DNA of 64,000 bases. It comes from Balanoglossus misakiensis. Taxonomy: Eukaryota; Animalia; Hemichordata. The DNA lies in the NCBI GenBank assembly GCA_040954595.2, contig CM082596.2, positions 2,100,899-2,164,898 on the forward strand, written 5' to 3'. Positions 52,960-64,000 of the stretch are shown piece after piece. Under the pieces are notes generated by a model. That model saw only the letters and a list, made by a program, of their open reading frames with translations. It searched no databases and was not told the origin of the DNA. Each line of letters starts with the position of its first letter. Position 1 is the first letter of the stretch. A program made the translations under genes and the position numbers.

Positions 52960-53023
52960 GGCTCGGTCTCATTATAGTTAGTTTTAACAGTACTGACTAT
53001 AATGAGAGTATTGAGACTGAGCC
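52960..53023. repeat. Long inverted repeat/hairpin
   Basis: GGCTCGGTCTCATTATAGTTAG ... CTGACTATAATGAGA[GTATTGAGA]CTGAGCC. Confidence 0.75.
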
Positions 53024-53093
53024 ATACTTATTTTTTTTTAAATTTTTATGAGTTTGATCATCATATAATACTTTTGGGGTATATTACTATGCA

Positions 53094-53165
53094 ATCACCC
53101 TGGGTCAATGGCTAAGGGTTTGGACTAATGATCGGAGGACTGGGGTTCACTACCCGCCACTGTCT
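53094..53165 (+). pseudogene. Degenerate tRNA-derived element (tRNA-Arg-like pseudogene or SINE head)
   Basis: TGGGTCAATGG (A-box-like), then CTAAGGGTTTGGACTAATGATCGGAGGACT, then GGTTCACTACC (B-box-like); colinear with eukaryotic tRNA-Arg; acceptor stem does not pair; T-run follows. Confidence 0.55.
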
Positions 53166-53313
53166 TCTCATTTAGTTTTGATCTTTCTTTTTTTTACACC
53201 TTTCACATAGGGTGTAATGTGTATATACAAGTTCCAAGTTAGCAATTCAAAATCACGAGCCCTGAGGTGCGTGATTTTAGGCGCACATTTTTGGCATCCA
53301 TAATCACAAGCCA

Positions 53314-56300
53314 TTTTGAGATTTCGCAAAGTCGAAAAATTGACATTTCTGGATGATTTTCATGAGCTATAACCCATGGTTTTTATGAAAAAATCACCAA
53401 ATTTCGAAAATTCGCGAAGTCGAAAAATTGACATTTCTGGATGATTTTCATGAGCTATAACCCATGGTTGTTATGAAAAAATCACCAAATTTCGAAAATT
53501 CGCGAAGTCGAAAAATCCTCGATTTTTGACGATTTTCCTGAGCTATAACCCATGATTTTTATGAAAAAATCACCAAATTTCGAAAATCTGCAAAGTCGAA
53601 AAATCCTCGATTTTTGACGATTTTCCTGAGCTATAACCCATGATTTTTATGAAAAAATCACCAAATTTCGAAAATCCGCAAAGTCGAAAAATCCTCGATT
53701 TTTGACGATTTTCCTGAGCTATAACCCATGATTTTTATGAAAAAATCACCAAATTTCGAAAATCCGCAAAGTCGAAAAATCCTCGATTTTTGACGATTTT
53801 CCTGAGCTATAACCCATGATTTTTATGAAAAAATCACCAAATTTCGAAAATCCGCAAAGTCGAAAAATCCTCGATTTTTGACGATTTTCCTGAGCTATAA
53901 CCCATGATTTTTATGAAAAAATCACCAAATTTCGAAAATCCGCAAAGTCGAAAAATCCTCGATTTTTGACGATTTTCCTGAGCTATAACCCATGATTTTT
54001 ATGAAAAAATCACCAAATTTCGAAAATCCGCAAAGTCGAAAAATCCTCGATTTTTGACGATTTTCCTGAGCTATAACCCATGATTTTTATGAAAAAATCA
54101 CCAAATTTCGAAAATCCGCAAAGTCGAAAAATCCTCGATTTTTGACGATTTTCCTGAGCTATAACCCATGATTTTTATGAAAAAATCACCAAATTTCGAA
54201 AATCCGCAAAGTCGAAAAATCCTCGATTTTTGACGATTTTCCTGAGCTATAACCCATGATTTTTATGAAAAAATCACCAAATTTCGAAAATCCGCAAAGT
54301 CGAAAAATCCTCGATTTTTGACGATTTTCCTGAGCTATAACCCATGATTTTTATGAAAAAATCACCAAATTTCGAAAATCCGCAAAGTCGAAAAATCCTC
54401 GATTTTTGACGATTTTCCTGGGCTATAACCCATGATTTTTATGAAAAAATCACCAAATTTCGAAAATACGCGAAGTCGAAAAATCCTCGATTTTTGACGA
54501 TTTTCCTGGGCTATAACCCATGATTTTTATGAAAAAATCACCAAATTTCGAAAATCCGCGAAGTCGAAAAATCCTCGATTTTTGACGATTTTCCTGAGCT
54601 ATAACCCATGATTTTTATGAAAAAATCACCAAATTTCGAAAATCCGCAAAGTCGAAAAATCCTCGATTTTTGACGATTTTCCTGAGCTATAACCCATGAT
54701 TTTTATGAAAAAATCACCAAATTTCGAAAATCCGCAAAGTCGAAAAATCCTCGATTTTTGACGATTTTCCTGAGCTATAACCCATGATTTTTATGAAAAA
54801 ATCACCAAATTTCGAAAATCCGCAAAGTCGAAAAATCCTCGATTTTTGACGATTTTCCTGAGCTATAACCCATGATTTTTATGAAAAAATCACCAAATTT
54901 CGAAAATCCGCAAAGTCGAAAAATCCTCGATTTTTGACGATTTTCCTGGGCTATAACCCATGATTTTTATGAAAAAATCACCAAATTTCGAAAATCCGCA
55001 AAGTCGAAAAATCCTCGATTTTTGACGATTTTCCTGAGCTATAACCCATGATTTTTATGAAAAAATCACCAAATTTCGAAAATCCGCAAAGTCGAAAAAT
55101 CCTCGATTTTTGACGATTTTCCTGGGCTATAACCCATGATTTTTATGAAAAAATCACCAAATTTCGAAAATCCGCAAAGTCGAAAAATCCTCGATTTTTG
55201 ACGATTTTCCTGGGCTATAACCCATGATTTTTATGAAAAAATCACCAAATTTCGAAAATCCGCAAAGTCGAAAAATCCTCGATTTTTGACGATTTTCCTG
55301 GGCTATAACCCATGATTTTTATGAAAAAATCACCAAATTTCGAAAATCCGCAAAGTCGAAAAATCCTCGATTTTTGACGATTTTCCTGGGCTATAACCCA
55401 TGATTTTTATGAAAAAATCACCAAATTTCGAAAATCCGCAAAGTCGAAAAATCCTCGATTTTTGACGATTTTCCTGGGCTATAACCCATGATTTTTATGA
55501 AAAAATCACCAAATTTCGAAAATCCGCAAAGTCGAAAAATCCTCGATTTTTGACGATTTTCCTGGGCTATAACCCATGATTTTTATGAAAAAATCACCAA
55601 ATTTCGAAAATCCGCAAAGTCGAAAAATCCTCGATTTTTGACGATTTTCCTGGGCTATAACCCATGATTTTTATGAAAAAATCACCAAATTTCGAAAATC
55701 CGCAAAGTCGAAAAATCCTCGATTTTTGACGATTTTCCTGGGCTATAACCCATGATTTTTATGAAAAAATCACCAAATTTCGAAAATCCGCAAAGTCGAA
55801 AAATCCTCGATTTTTGACGATTTTCCTGGGCTATAACCCATGATTTTTATGAAAAAATCACCAAATTTCGAAAATACGCAAAGTCGAAAAATCCTCGATT
55901 TTTGACGATTTTCCTGGGCTATAACCCATGATTTTTATGAAAAAATCACCAAATTTCGAAAATCCGCAAAGTCGAAAAATCCTCGATTTTTGACGATTTT
56001 CCTGGGCTATAACCCATGATTTTTATGAAAAAATCACCAAATTTCGAAAATCCGCAAAGTCGAAAAATCCTCGATTTTTGACGATTTTCCTGAGCTATAA
56101 CCCATGATTTTTATGAAAAAATCACCAAATTTCGAAAATCCGCAAAGTCGAAAAATCCTCGATTTTTGACGATTTTCCTGGGCTATAACCCATGATTTTT
56201 ATGAAAAAATCACCAAATTTCGAAAATACGCAAAGTCGAAAAATCCTCGATTTTTGACGATTTTCCTGGGCTATAACCCATGATTTTTATGAAAAAATCA

Positions 56301-59300
56301 CCAAATTTCGAAAATCCGCAAAGTCGAAAAATCCTCGATTTTTGACGATTTTCCTGGGCTATAACCCATGATTTTTATGAAAAAATCACCAAATTTCGAA
56401 AATCCGCAAAGTCGAAAAATCCTCGATTTTTGACGATTTTCCTGAGCTATAACCCATGATTTTTATGAAAAAATCACCAAATTTCGAAAATCCGCAAAGT
56501 CGAAAAATCCTCGATTTTTGACGATTTTCCTGGGCTATAACCCATGATTTTTATGAAAAAATCACCAAATTTCGAAAATCCGCAAAGTCGAAAAATCCTC
56601 GATTTTTGACGATTTTCCTGGGCTATAACCCATGATTTTTATGAAAAAATCACCAAATTTCGAAAATCCGCAAAGTCGAAAAATCCTCGATTTTTGACGA
56701 TTTTCCTGGGCTATAACCCATGATTTTTATGAAAAAATCACCAAATTTCGAAAATCCGCAAAGTCGAAAAATCCTCGATTTTTGACGATTTTCCTGGGCT
56801 ATAACCCATGATTTTTATGAAAAAATCACCAAATTTCGAAAATCCGCAAAGTCGAAAAATCCTCGATTTTTGACGATTTTCCTGGGCTATAACCCATGAT
56901 TTTTATGAAAAAATCACCAAATTTCGAAAATCCGCAAAGTCGAAAAATCCTCGATTTTTGACGATTTTCCTGGGCTATAACCCATGATTTTTATGAAAAA
57001 ATCACCAAATTTCGAAAATCCGCAAAGTCGAAAAATCCTCGATTTTTGACGATTTTCCTGGGCTATAACCCATGATTTTTATGAAAAAATCACCAAATTT
57101 CGAAAATCCGCAAAGTCGAAAAATCCTCGATTTTTGACGATTTTCCTGGGCTATAACCCATGATTTTTATGAAAAAATCACCAAATTTCGAAAATCCGCA
57201 AAGTCGAAAAATCCTCGATTTTTGACGATTTTCCTGGGCTATAACCCATGATTTTTATGAAAAAATCACCAAATTTCGAAAATCCGCAAAGTCGAAAAAT
57301 CCTCGATTTTTGACGATTTTCCTGGGCTATAACCCATGATTTTTATGAAAAAATCACCAAATTTCGAAAATCCGCAAAGTCGAAAAATCCTCGATTTTTG
57401 ACGATTTTCCTGGGCTATAACCCATGATTTTTATGAAAAAATCACCAAATTTCGAAAATCCGCAAAGTCGAAAAATCCTCGATTTTTGACGATTTTCCTG
57501 AGCTATAACCCATGATTTTTATGAAAAAATCACCAAATTTCGAAAATCCGCAAAGTCGAAAAATCCTCGATTTTTGACGATTTTCCTGGGCTATAACCCA
57601 TGATTTTTATGAAAAAATCACCAAATTTCGAAAATACGCAAAGTCGAAAAATCCTCGATTTTTGACGATTTTCCTGGGCTATAACCCATGATTTTTATGA
57701 AAAAATCACCAAATTTCGAAAATCCGCAAAGTCGAAAAATCCTCGATTTTTGACGATTTTCCTGGGCTATAACCCATGATTTTTAGGAAAAAATCACCAA
57801 ATTTCGAAAATCCGCAAAGTCGAAAAATCCTCGATTTTTGACGATTTTCCTGGGCTATAACCCATGATTTTTAGGAAAAAATCACCAAATTTCGAAAATC
57901 CGCAAAGTCGAAAAATCCTCGATTTTTGACGATTTTCCTGGGCTATAACCCATGATTTTTAGGAAAAAATCACCAAATTTCGAAAATACGCAAAGTCGAA
58001 AAATCCTCGATTTTTGACGATTTTCCTGGGCTATAACCCATGATTTTTAGGAAAAAATCACCAAATTTCGAAAATACGCAAAGTCGAAAAATCCTCGATT
58101 TTTGACGATTTTCCTGGGCTATAACCCATGATTTTTAGGAAAAAATCACCAAATTTCGAAAATACGCAAAGTCGAAAAATCCTCGATTTTTGACGATTTT
58201 CCTGGGCTATAACCCATGATTTTTAGGAAAAAATCACCAAATTTCGAAAATACGCAAAGTCGAAAAATCCTCGATTTTTGACGATTTTCCTGGGCTATAA
58301 CCCATGATTTTTAGGAAAAAATCACCAAATTTCGAAAATACGCAAAGTCGAAAAATCGTCGATTTTTGACGATTTTCCTGGGCTATAACCCATGATTTTT
58401 AGGAAAAAATCACCAAATTTCGAAAATACGCAAAGTCGAAAAATCCTCGATTTTTGACGATTTTCCTGGGCTATAACCCATGATTTTTAGGAAAAAATCA
58501 CCAAATTTCGAAAATCCGCAAAGTCGAAAAATCCTCGATTTTTGACGATTTTCCTGGGCTATAACCCATGATTTTTAGGAAAAAATCACCAAATTTCGAA
58601 AATCCGCAAAGTCGAAAAATCCTCGATTTTTGACGATTTTCCTGGGCTATAACCCATGATTTTTATGAAAAAATCACCAAATTTCGAAAATCCGCAAAGT
58701 CGAAAAATCCTCGATTTTTGACGATTTTCCTGGGCTATAACCCATGATTTTTATGAAAAAATCACCAAATTTCGAAAATACGCAAAGTCGAAAAATCCTC
58801 GATTTTTGACGATTTTCCTGGGCTATAACCCATGATTTTTATGAAAAAATCACCAAATTTCGAAAATCCGCAAAGTCGAAAAATCCTCGATTTTTGACGA
58901 TTTTCCTGGGCTATAACCCATGATTTTTAGGAAAAAATCACCAAATTTCGAAAATCCGCAAAGTCGAAAAATCCTCGATTTTTGACGATTTTCCTGGGCT
59001 ATAACCCATGATTTTTAGGAAAAAATCACCAAATTTCGAAAATCCGCAAAGTCGAAAAATCCTCGATTTTTGACGATTTTCCTGGGCTATAACCCATGAT
59101 TTTTAGGAAAAAATCACCAAATTTCGAAAATACGCAAAGTCGAAAAATCCTCGATTTTTGACGATTTTCCTGGGCTATAACCCATGATTTTTAGGAAAAA
59201 ATCACCAAATTTCGAAAATACGCAAAGTCGAAAAATCCTCGATTTTTGACGATTTTCCTGGGCTATAACCCATGATTTTTAGGAAAAAATCACCAAATTT

Positions 59301-62300
59301 CGAAAATACGCAAAGTCGAAAAATCCTCGATTTTTGACGATTTTCCTGGGCTATAACCCATGATTTTTAGGAAAAAATCACCAAATTTCGAAAATACGCA
59401 AAGTCGAAAAATCCTCGATTTTTGACGATTTTCCTGGGCTATAACCCATGATTTTTAGGAAAAAATCACCAAATTTCGAAAATACGCAAAGTCGAAAAAT
59501 CGTCGATTTTTGACGATTTTCCTGGGCTATAACCCATGATTTTTAGGAAAAAATCACCAAATTTCGAAAATACGCAAAGTCGAAAAATCCTCGATTTTTG
59601 ACGATTTTCCTGGGCTATAACCCATGATTTTTAGGAAAAAATCACCAAATTTCGAAAATCCGCAAAGTCGAAAAATCCTCGATTTTTGACGATTTTCCTG
59701 GGCTATAACCCATGATTTTTAGGAAAAAATCACCAAATTTCGAAAATCCGCAAAGTCGAAAAATCCTCGATTTTTGACGATTTTCCTGGGCTATAACCCA
59801 TGATTTTTAGGAAAAAATCACCAAATTTCGAAAATCCGCAAAGTCGAAAAATCCTCGATTTTTGACGATTTTCCTGGGCTATAACCCATGATTTTTATGA
59901 AAAAATCACCAAATTTCGAAAATCCGCAAAGTCGAAAAATCCTCGATTTTTGACGATTTTCCTGAGCTATAACCCATGATTTTTATGAAAAAATCACCAA
60001 ATTTCGGAAAATACGCAAAGTCGAAAAATCCTCGATTTTTGACGATTTTCCTGAGCTATAACCCATGATTTTTTATGAAAAAATCACCAAATTTCAAAAA
60101 TACGCAAAGTCGAAAAATCCTCGATTTTTGACGATTTTCCTGAGCTATAACCCATGATTTTTATGAAAAAATCACCAAATTTCGAAAATACGCAAAGTCG
60201 AAAAATCCTCGATTTTTGACGATTTTCCTGAGCTATAACCCATGATTTTTATGAAAAAATCACCAAATTTCGAAAATACGCAAAGTCGAAAAATCCTCGA
60301 TTTTGACGATTTTCCTGAGCTATAACCCATGATTTTTATGAAAAAATCACCAAATTTCGAAAATACGCAAAGTCGAAAAATCCTCGATTTTTGACGATTT
60401 TCCTGAGCTATAACCCATGATTTTTATGAAAAAATCACCAAATTTCGAAAATACGCAAAGTCGAAAAATCCTCGATTTTTGACGATTTTCCTGAGCTATA
60501 ACCCATGATTTTTATGAAAAAATCACCAAATTTCGAAAATCCGCAAAGTCGAAAAATCCTCGATTTTTGACGATTTCCTGAGCTATAACCCATGATTTTT
60601 ATGAAAAAATCACCAAATTTCGAAAATCCGCAAAGTCGAAAAATCCTCGATTTTTGACGATTTTCCTGAGCTATAACCCATGATTTTTATGAAAAAATCA
60701 CCAAATTTCGAAAATCCGCAAAGTCGAAAAATCCTCGATTTTTGACGATTTTCCTGAGCTATAACCCATGATTTTTATGAAAAAATCACCAAATTTCAAA
60801 AATCCGCAAAGTCGAAAAATCCTCGATTTTTGACGATTTTCCTGAGATATAACCCATGATTTTTATGAAAAAATCACCAAATTTCGAAAATCCGCAAAGT
60901 CGAAAATCCTCGATTTTTGACGATTTTCCTGAGCTATAACCCATGATTTTTATGAAAAAATCACCAAATTTCGAAAATCCGCAAAGTCGAAAAATCCTCG
61001 ATTTTTGACGATTTTCCTGAGCTATAACCCATGATTTTTATGAAAAAATCACCAAATTTCGAAAATCCGCAAAGTCGAAAAATCCTCGATTTTTGACGAT
61101 TTTCCTGAGCTATAACCCATGATTTTTATGAAAAAATCACCAAATTTCGAAAATCCGCAAAGTCGAAAAATCCTCGATTTTGACGATTTTCCTGAGCTAT
61201 AACCCATGATTTTTATGAAAAAATCACCAAAATTTCGAAAATCCGCAAAGTCGAAAATCCTCGATTTTTGACGATTTTCCTGAGCTATAACCCATGATTT
61301 TTATGAAAAAAATCACCAAATTTCGAAATCCGCAAAGTCGAAAAATCCTCGATTTTTGACGATTTTCCTGAGCTATAAACCCATGATTTTTATGAAAAAA
61401 TCACCAAATTTCGAAAATCCGCAAAGTCGAAAAATCCTCGATTTTTGACGATTTTCCTGAGCTATAACCCATGATTTTTATGAAAAAATCACCAAATTTC
61501 GAAAATACGCAAAGTCGAAAAATCCTCGATTTTTGACGATTTTCCTGAGCTATAACCCATGATTTTTATGAAAAAATCACCAAATTTCGAAAATACGCAA
61601 GTCGAAAAATCCTCGATTTTGACGATTTTCCTGAGCTATAACCCATGATTTTTATGAAAAAATCACCAAATTTCGAAAATACGCAAAGTCGAAAAATCCT
61701 CGATTTTTGACGATTTTCCTGAGCTATACCCCATGATTTTATGAAAAAATCACCAAATTTCGAAAATACGCAAAGTCGAAAAATCCTCGATTTTTGACGA
61801 TTTTCCTGAGCTATAACCCATGATTTTTATGAAAAAATCACCAAATTTCGAAAATACGCAAAGTCGAAAAATCCTCGATTTTTGACGATTTTCCTGAGCT
61901 ATAACCCATGATTTTTATGAAAAAATCACCAAATTTCGAAAATACGCAAAGTCGAAAAAATCCTCGATTTTTGACGATTTTCCTGAGCTATAACCCATGA
62001 TTTTTATGAAAAAATCACCAAATTTCGAAAATACTGCAAAGTCGAAAAATCCTCGATTTTTGACGATTTTCCTGAGCTATAACCCATGATTTTTATGAAA
62101 AATCACCAAATTTCGAAAATACGCAAAGTCGAAAAATCCTCGATTTTTGACGATTTTCCTGAGCTATAACCCATGATTTTTATGAAAAAATCACCAAATT
62201 TCGAAAATACGCAAAGTCGAAAAATCCTCGATTTTTGACGATTTTCCTGAGCTATACCCCATGATTTTTATGAAAAAATCACCAAATTTCGAAAATACGC

Positions 62301-63435
62301 AAAGTCGAAAATCCTCGATTTTGACGATTTTCCTGAGCTATAACCCATGATTTTTATGAAAAAATCACCAAATTTCGAAAATACGCAAAGTCGAAAAATC
62401 CTCGATTTTTGACGATTTTCCTGAGCTATAACCCATGATTTTTATGAAAAAATCACCAAATTTCGAAAATCCGCAAAGTCGAAAAATCCTCGATTTTTGA
62501 CGATTTTCCTGAGCTATAACCCATGATTTTTATGAAAAAATCACCAAATTTCGAAAATACGCAAAGTCGAAAAATCCTCGATTTTGACGATTTTCCTGAG
62601 CTATAACCCATGATTTTTATGAAAAAATCACCAAATTTTCGAAAATCCGCAAAGTCGAAAAATCCTCGATTTTTGACGATTTTCCTGAGCTATAACCCAT
62701 GATTTTTATGAAAAAATCACCAAATTTCGAAAATACGCAAAGTCGAAAAATCCTCGATTTTTGACGATTTTCTGAGCTATAACCCATGATTTTTATGAAA
62801 AAATCACCAAATTTCGAAAATACGCAAAAGTCGAAAATCCTCGATTTTTGACGATTTTCCTGAGCTATAACCCATGATTTTTATGAAAAAATCACCAAAT
62901 TTCGAAAATACGCAAAGTCCGAAAAATCTCGATTTTTGACGATTTTCCTGAGCTATAACCCATGATTTTTATGAAAAAATCACCAAATTTCGAAAATACG
63001 CAAAGTCGAAAAATCCTCGATTTTTGACGATTTTCCTGAGCTATAACCCATGATTTTTATGAAAAAATCACCAAATTTCGAAAATACGCAAAGTCGAAAA
63101 ATCCTCGATTTTTGACGATTTTCCTGAGCTATAACCCATGATTTTTATGAAAAAATCACCAAATTTCGAAAATACGCAAAGTCGAAAAATCCTCGATTTT
63201 TGACGATTTCCTGAGCTATAAACCCATGATTTTTATGGAAAAATCACCAAATTTCGAAAATCCGCAAAGTCGAAAATCCTCGATTTTTGACGATTTTCCT
63301 GAGCTATAACCCATGATTTTTATGAAAAAATCACCAAATTTCGAAAATCCGCAAAGTCGAAAATCCTCGATTTTTGACGATTTTCCTGAGCTATAACCCA
63401 TGATTTTTATGAAAAAATCACCAAATTTCGAAAAT
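53314..63435. repeat. 88-bp tandem satellite, subfamily A, ~115 copies
   Basis: Monomer AGCTATAACCCATGATTTTTATGAAAAAATCACCAAATTTCGAAAATCCGCAAAGTCGAAAAATCCTCGATTTTTGACGATTTTCCTG; period 88 (53541, 53629, ...). Confidence 0.98.
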
Positions 63436-64000
63436 TAAAAAGTCGGGAAATTGTGATTTTTTGATGAAAATCTTGGGCTATAACCCATGATTTTTGTGAA
63501 AAATGGCCAAATTTTGAAAATTAAAAAAGTCGGAAAATTGTGATTTTTTGATGAAAATCATGGGCTATAACCCATGATTTTTGTGAAAAATTGGCCAAAT
63601 TTTGAAAATTAAAAAAGTCGGGAAATTGTGATTTTTTGATGAAAATCATGGGCTATAACCCATGATTTTGTGAAAAATGGCCAAATTTTGAAAATTAAAA
63701 AGTCGGAAAATTGTGATTTTTGATGAAAATCATGGGCTATAACCCATGATTTTTGTGAAAAATGGCCAAATTTTGAAAATTAAAAAAGTCGGAAATTGTG
63801 ATTTTTTGATGAAAATCATGGGCTATAACCCATGATTTTGTGAAAAATGGCCAAATTTTGGAAAATTAAAAAAGTCGGGAAATTGTGATTTTTGATGAAA
63901 ATCATGGGCTATAACCCATGATTTTGTGAAAAATGGCCAAATTTTGAAAATTAAAAAAGTCGGGAAATGTGATTTTTTTGATTGATTTTCATGGGCTATA
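63436..64000. repeat. Related ~87-bp satellite, subfamily B (~6.5 copies, runs off the window)
   Basis: Monomer GGGCTATAACCCATGATTTTTGTGAAAAATGGCCAAATTTTGAAAATTAAAAAAGTCGGAAAATTGTGATTTTTTGATGAAAATCAT; colinear with A at roughly three-quarters identity. Confidence 0.95.

Noticed and set aside
63216-63401. 61-aa minus-strand ORF
   Set aside because: Translation of satellite units opened by homopolymer indels.
53314-64000. CRISPR array
   Set aside because: Head-to-tail monomers with no unique spacers, no cas genes, eukaryotic context.

Overview
AT-rich, intron-rich animal genomic DNA; an invertebrate, possibly a deuterostome, is my inference. The ORF track mostly shows exons and chance ORFs. 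The window has three parts. (1) About 1-41.1 kb: the 3' part of a large + strand NCKAP5/NCKAP5L-like gene. I traced 15 coding exons in a consistent frame (11480-37983, about 2080 codons). The 5' end was not found, and a long 3' UTR is probable. (2) About 41.5-52.6 kb: a complete + strand importin beta-1 gene (KPNB1) with 23 coding exons encoding 878 aa; its TGA stop is split across the last intron. (3) 52.8 kb to the end: a short junction (solo degenerate satellite monomer, hairpins, tRNA-Arg-like relic), then a ~10 kb array of an 88-bp satellite (~115 copies). The array has variant domains and internal 4-mer and 13-mer duplications, and at ~63435 it switches in register to a related ~87-bp subfamily. 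The most notable signals are the satellite architecture and its border with an essential gene, intronic RFX X-box clusters in the NCKAP5-like gene, the split KPNB1 stop codon and structured KPNB1 introns. I found no CRISPR array, rRNA or autonomous transposon, and no clearly new protein-coding system.
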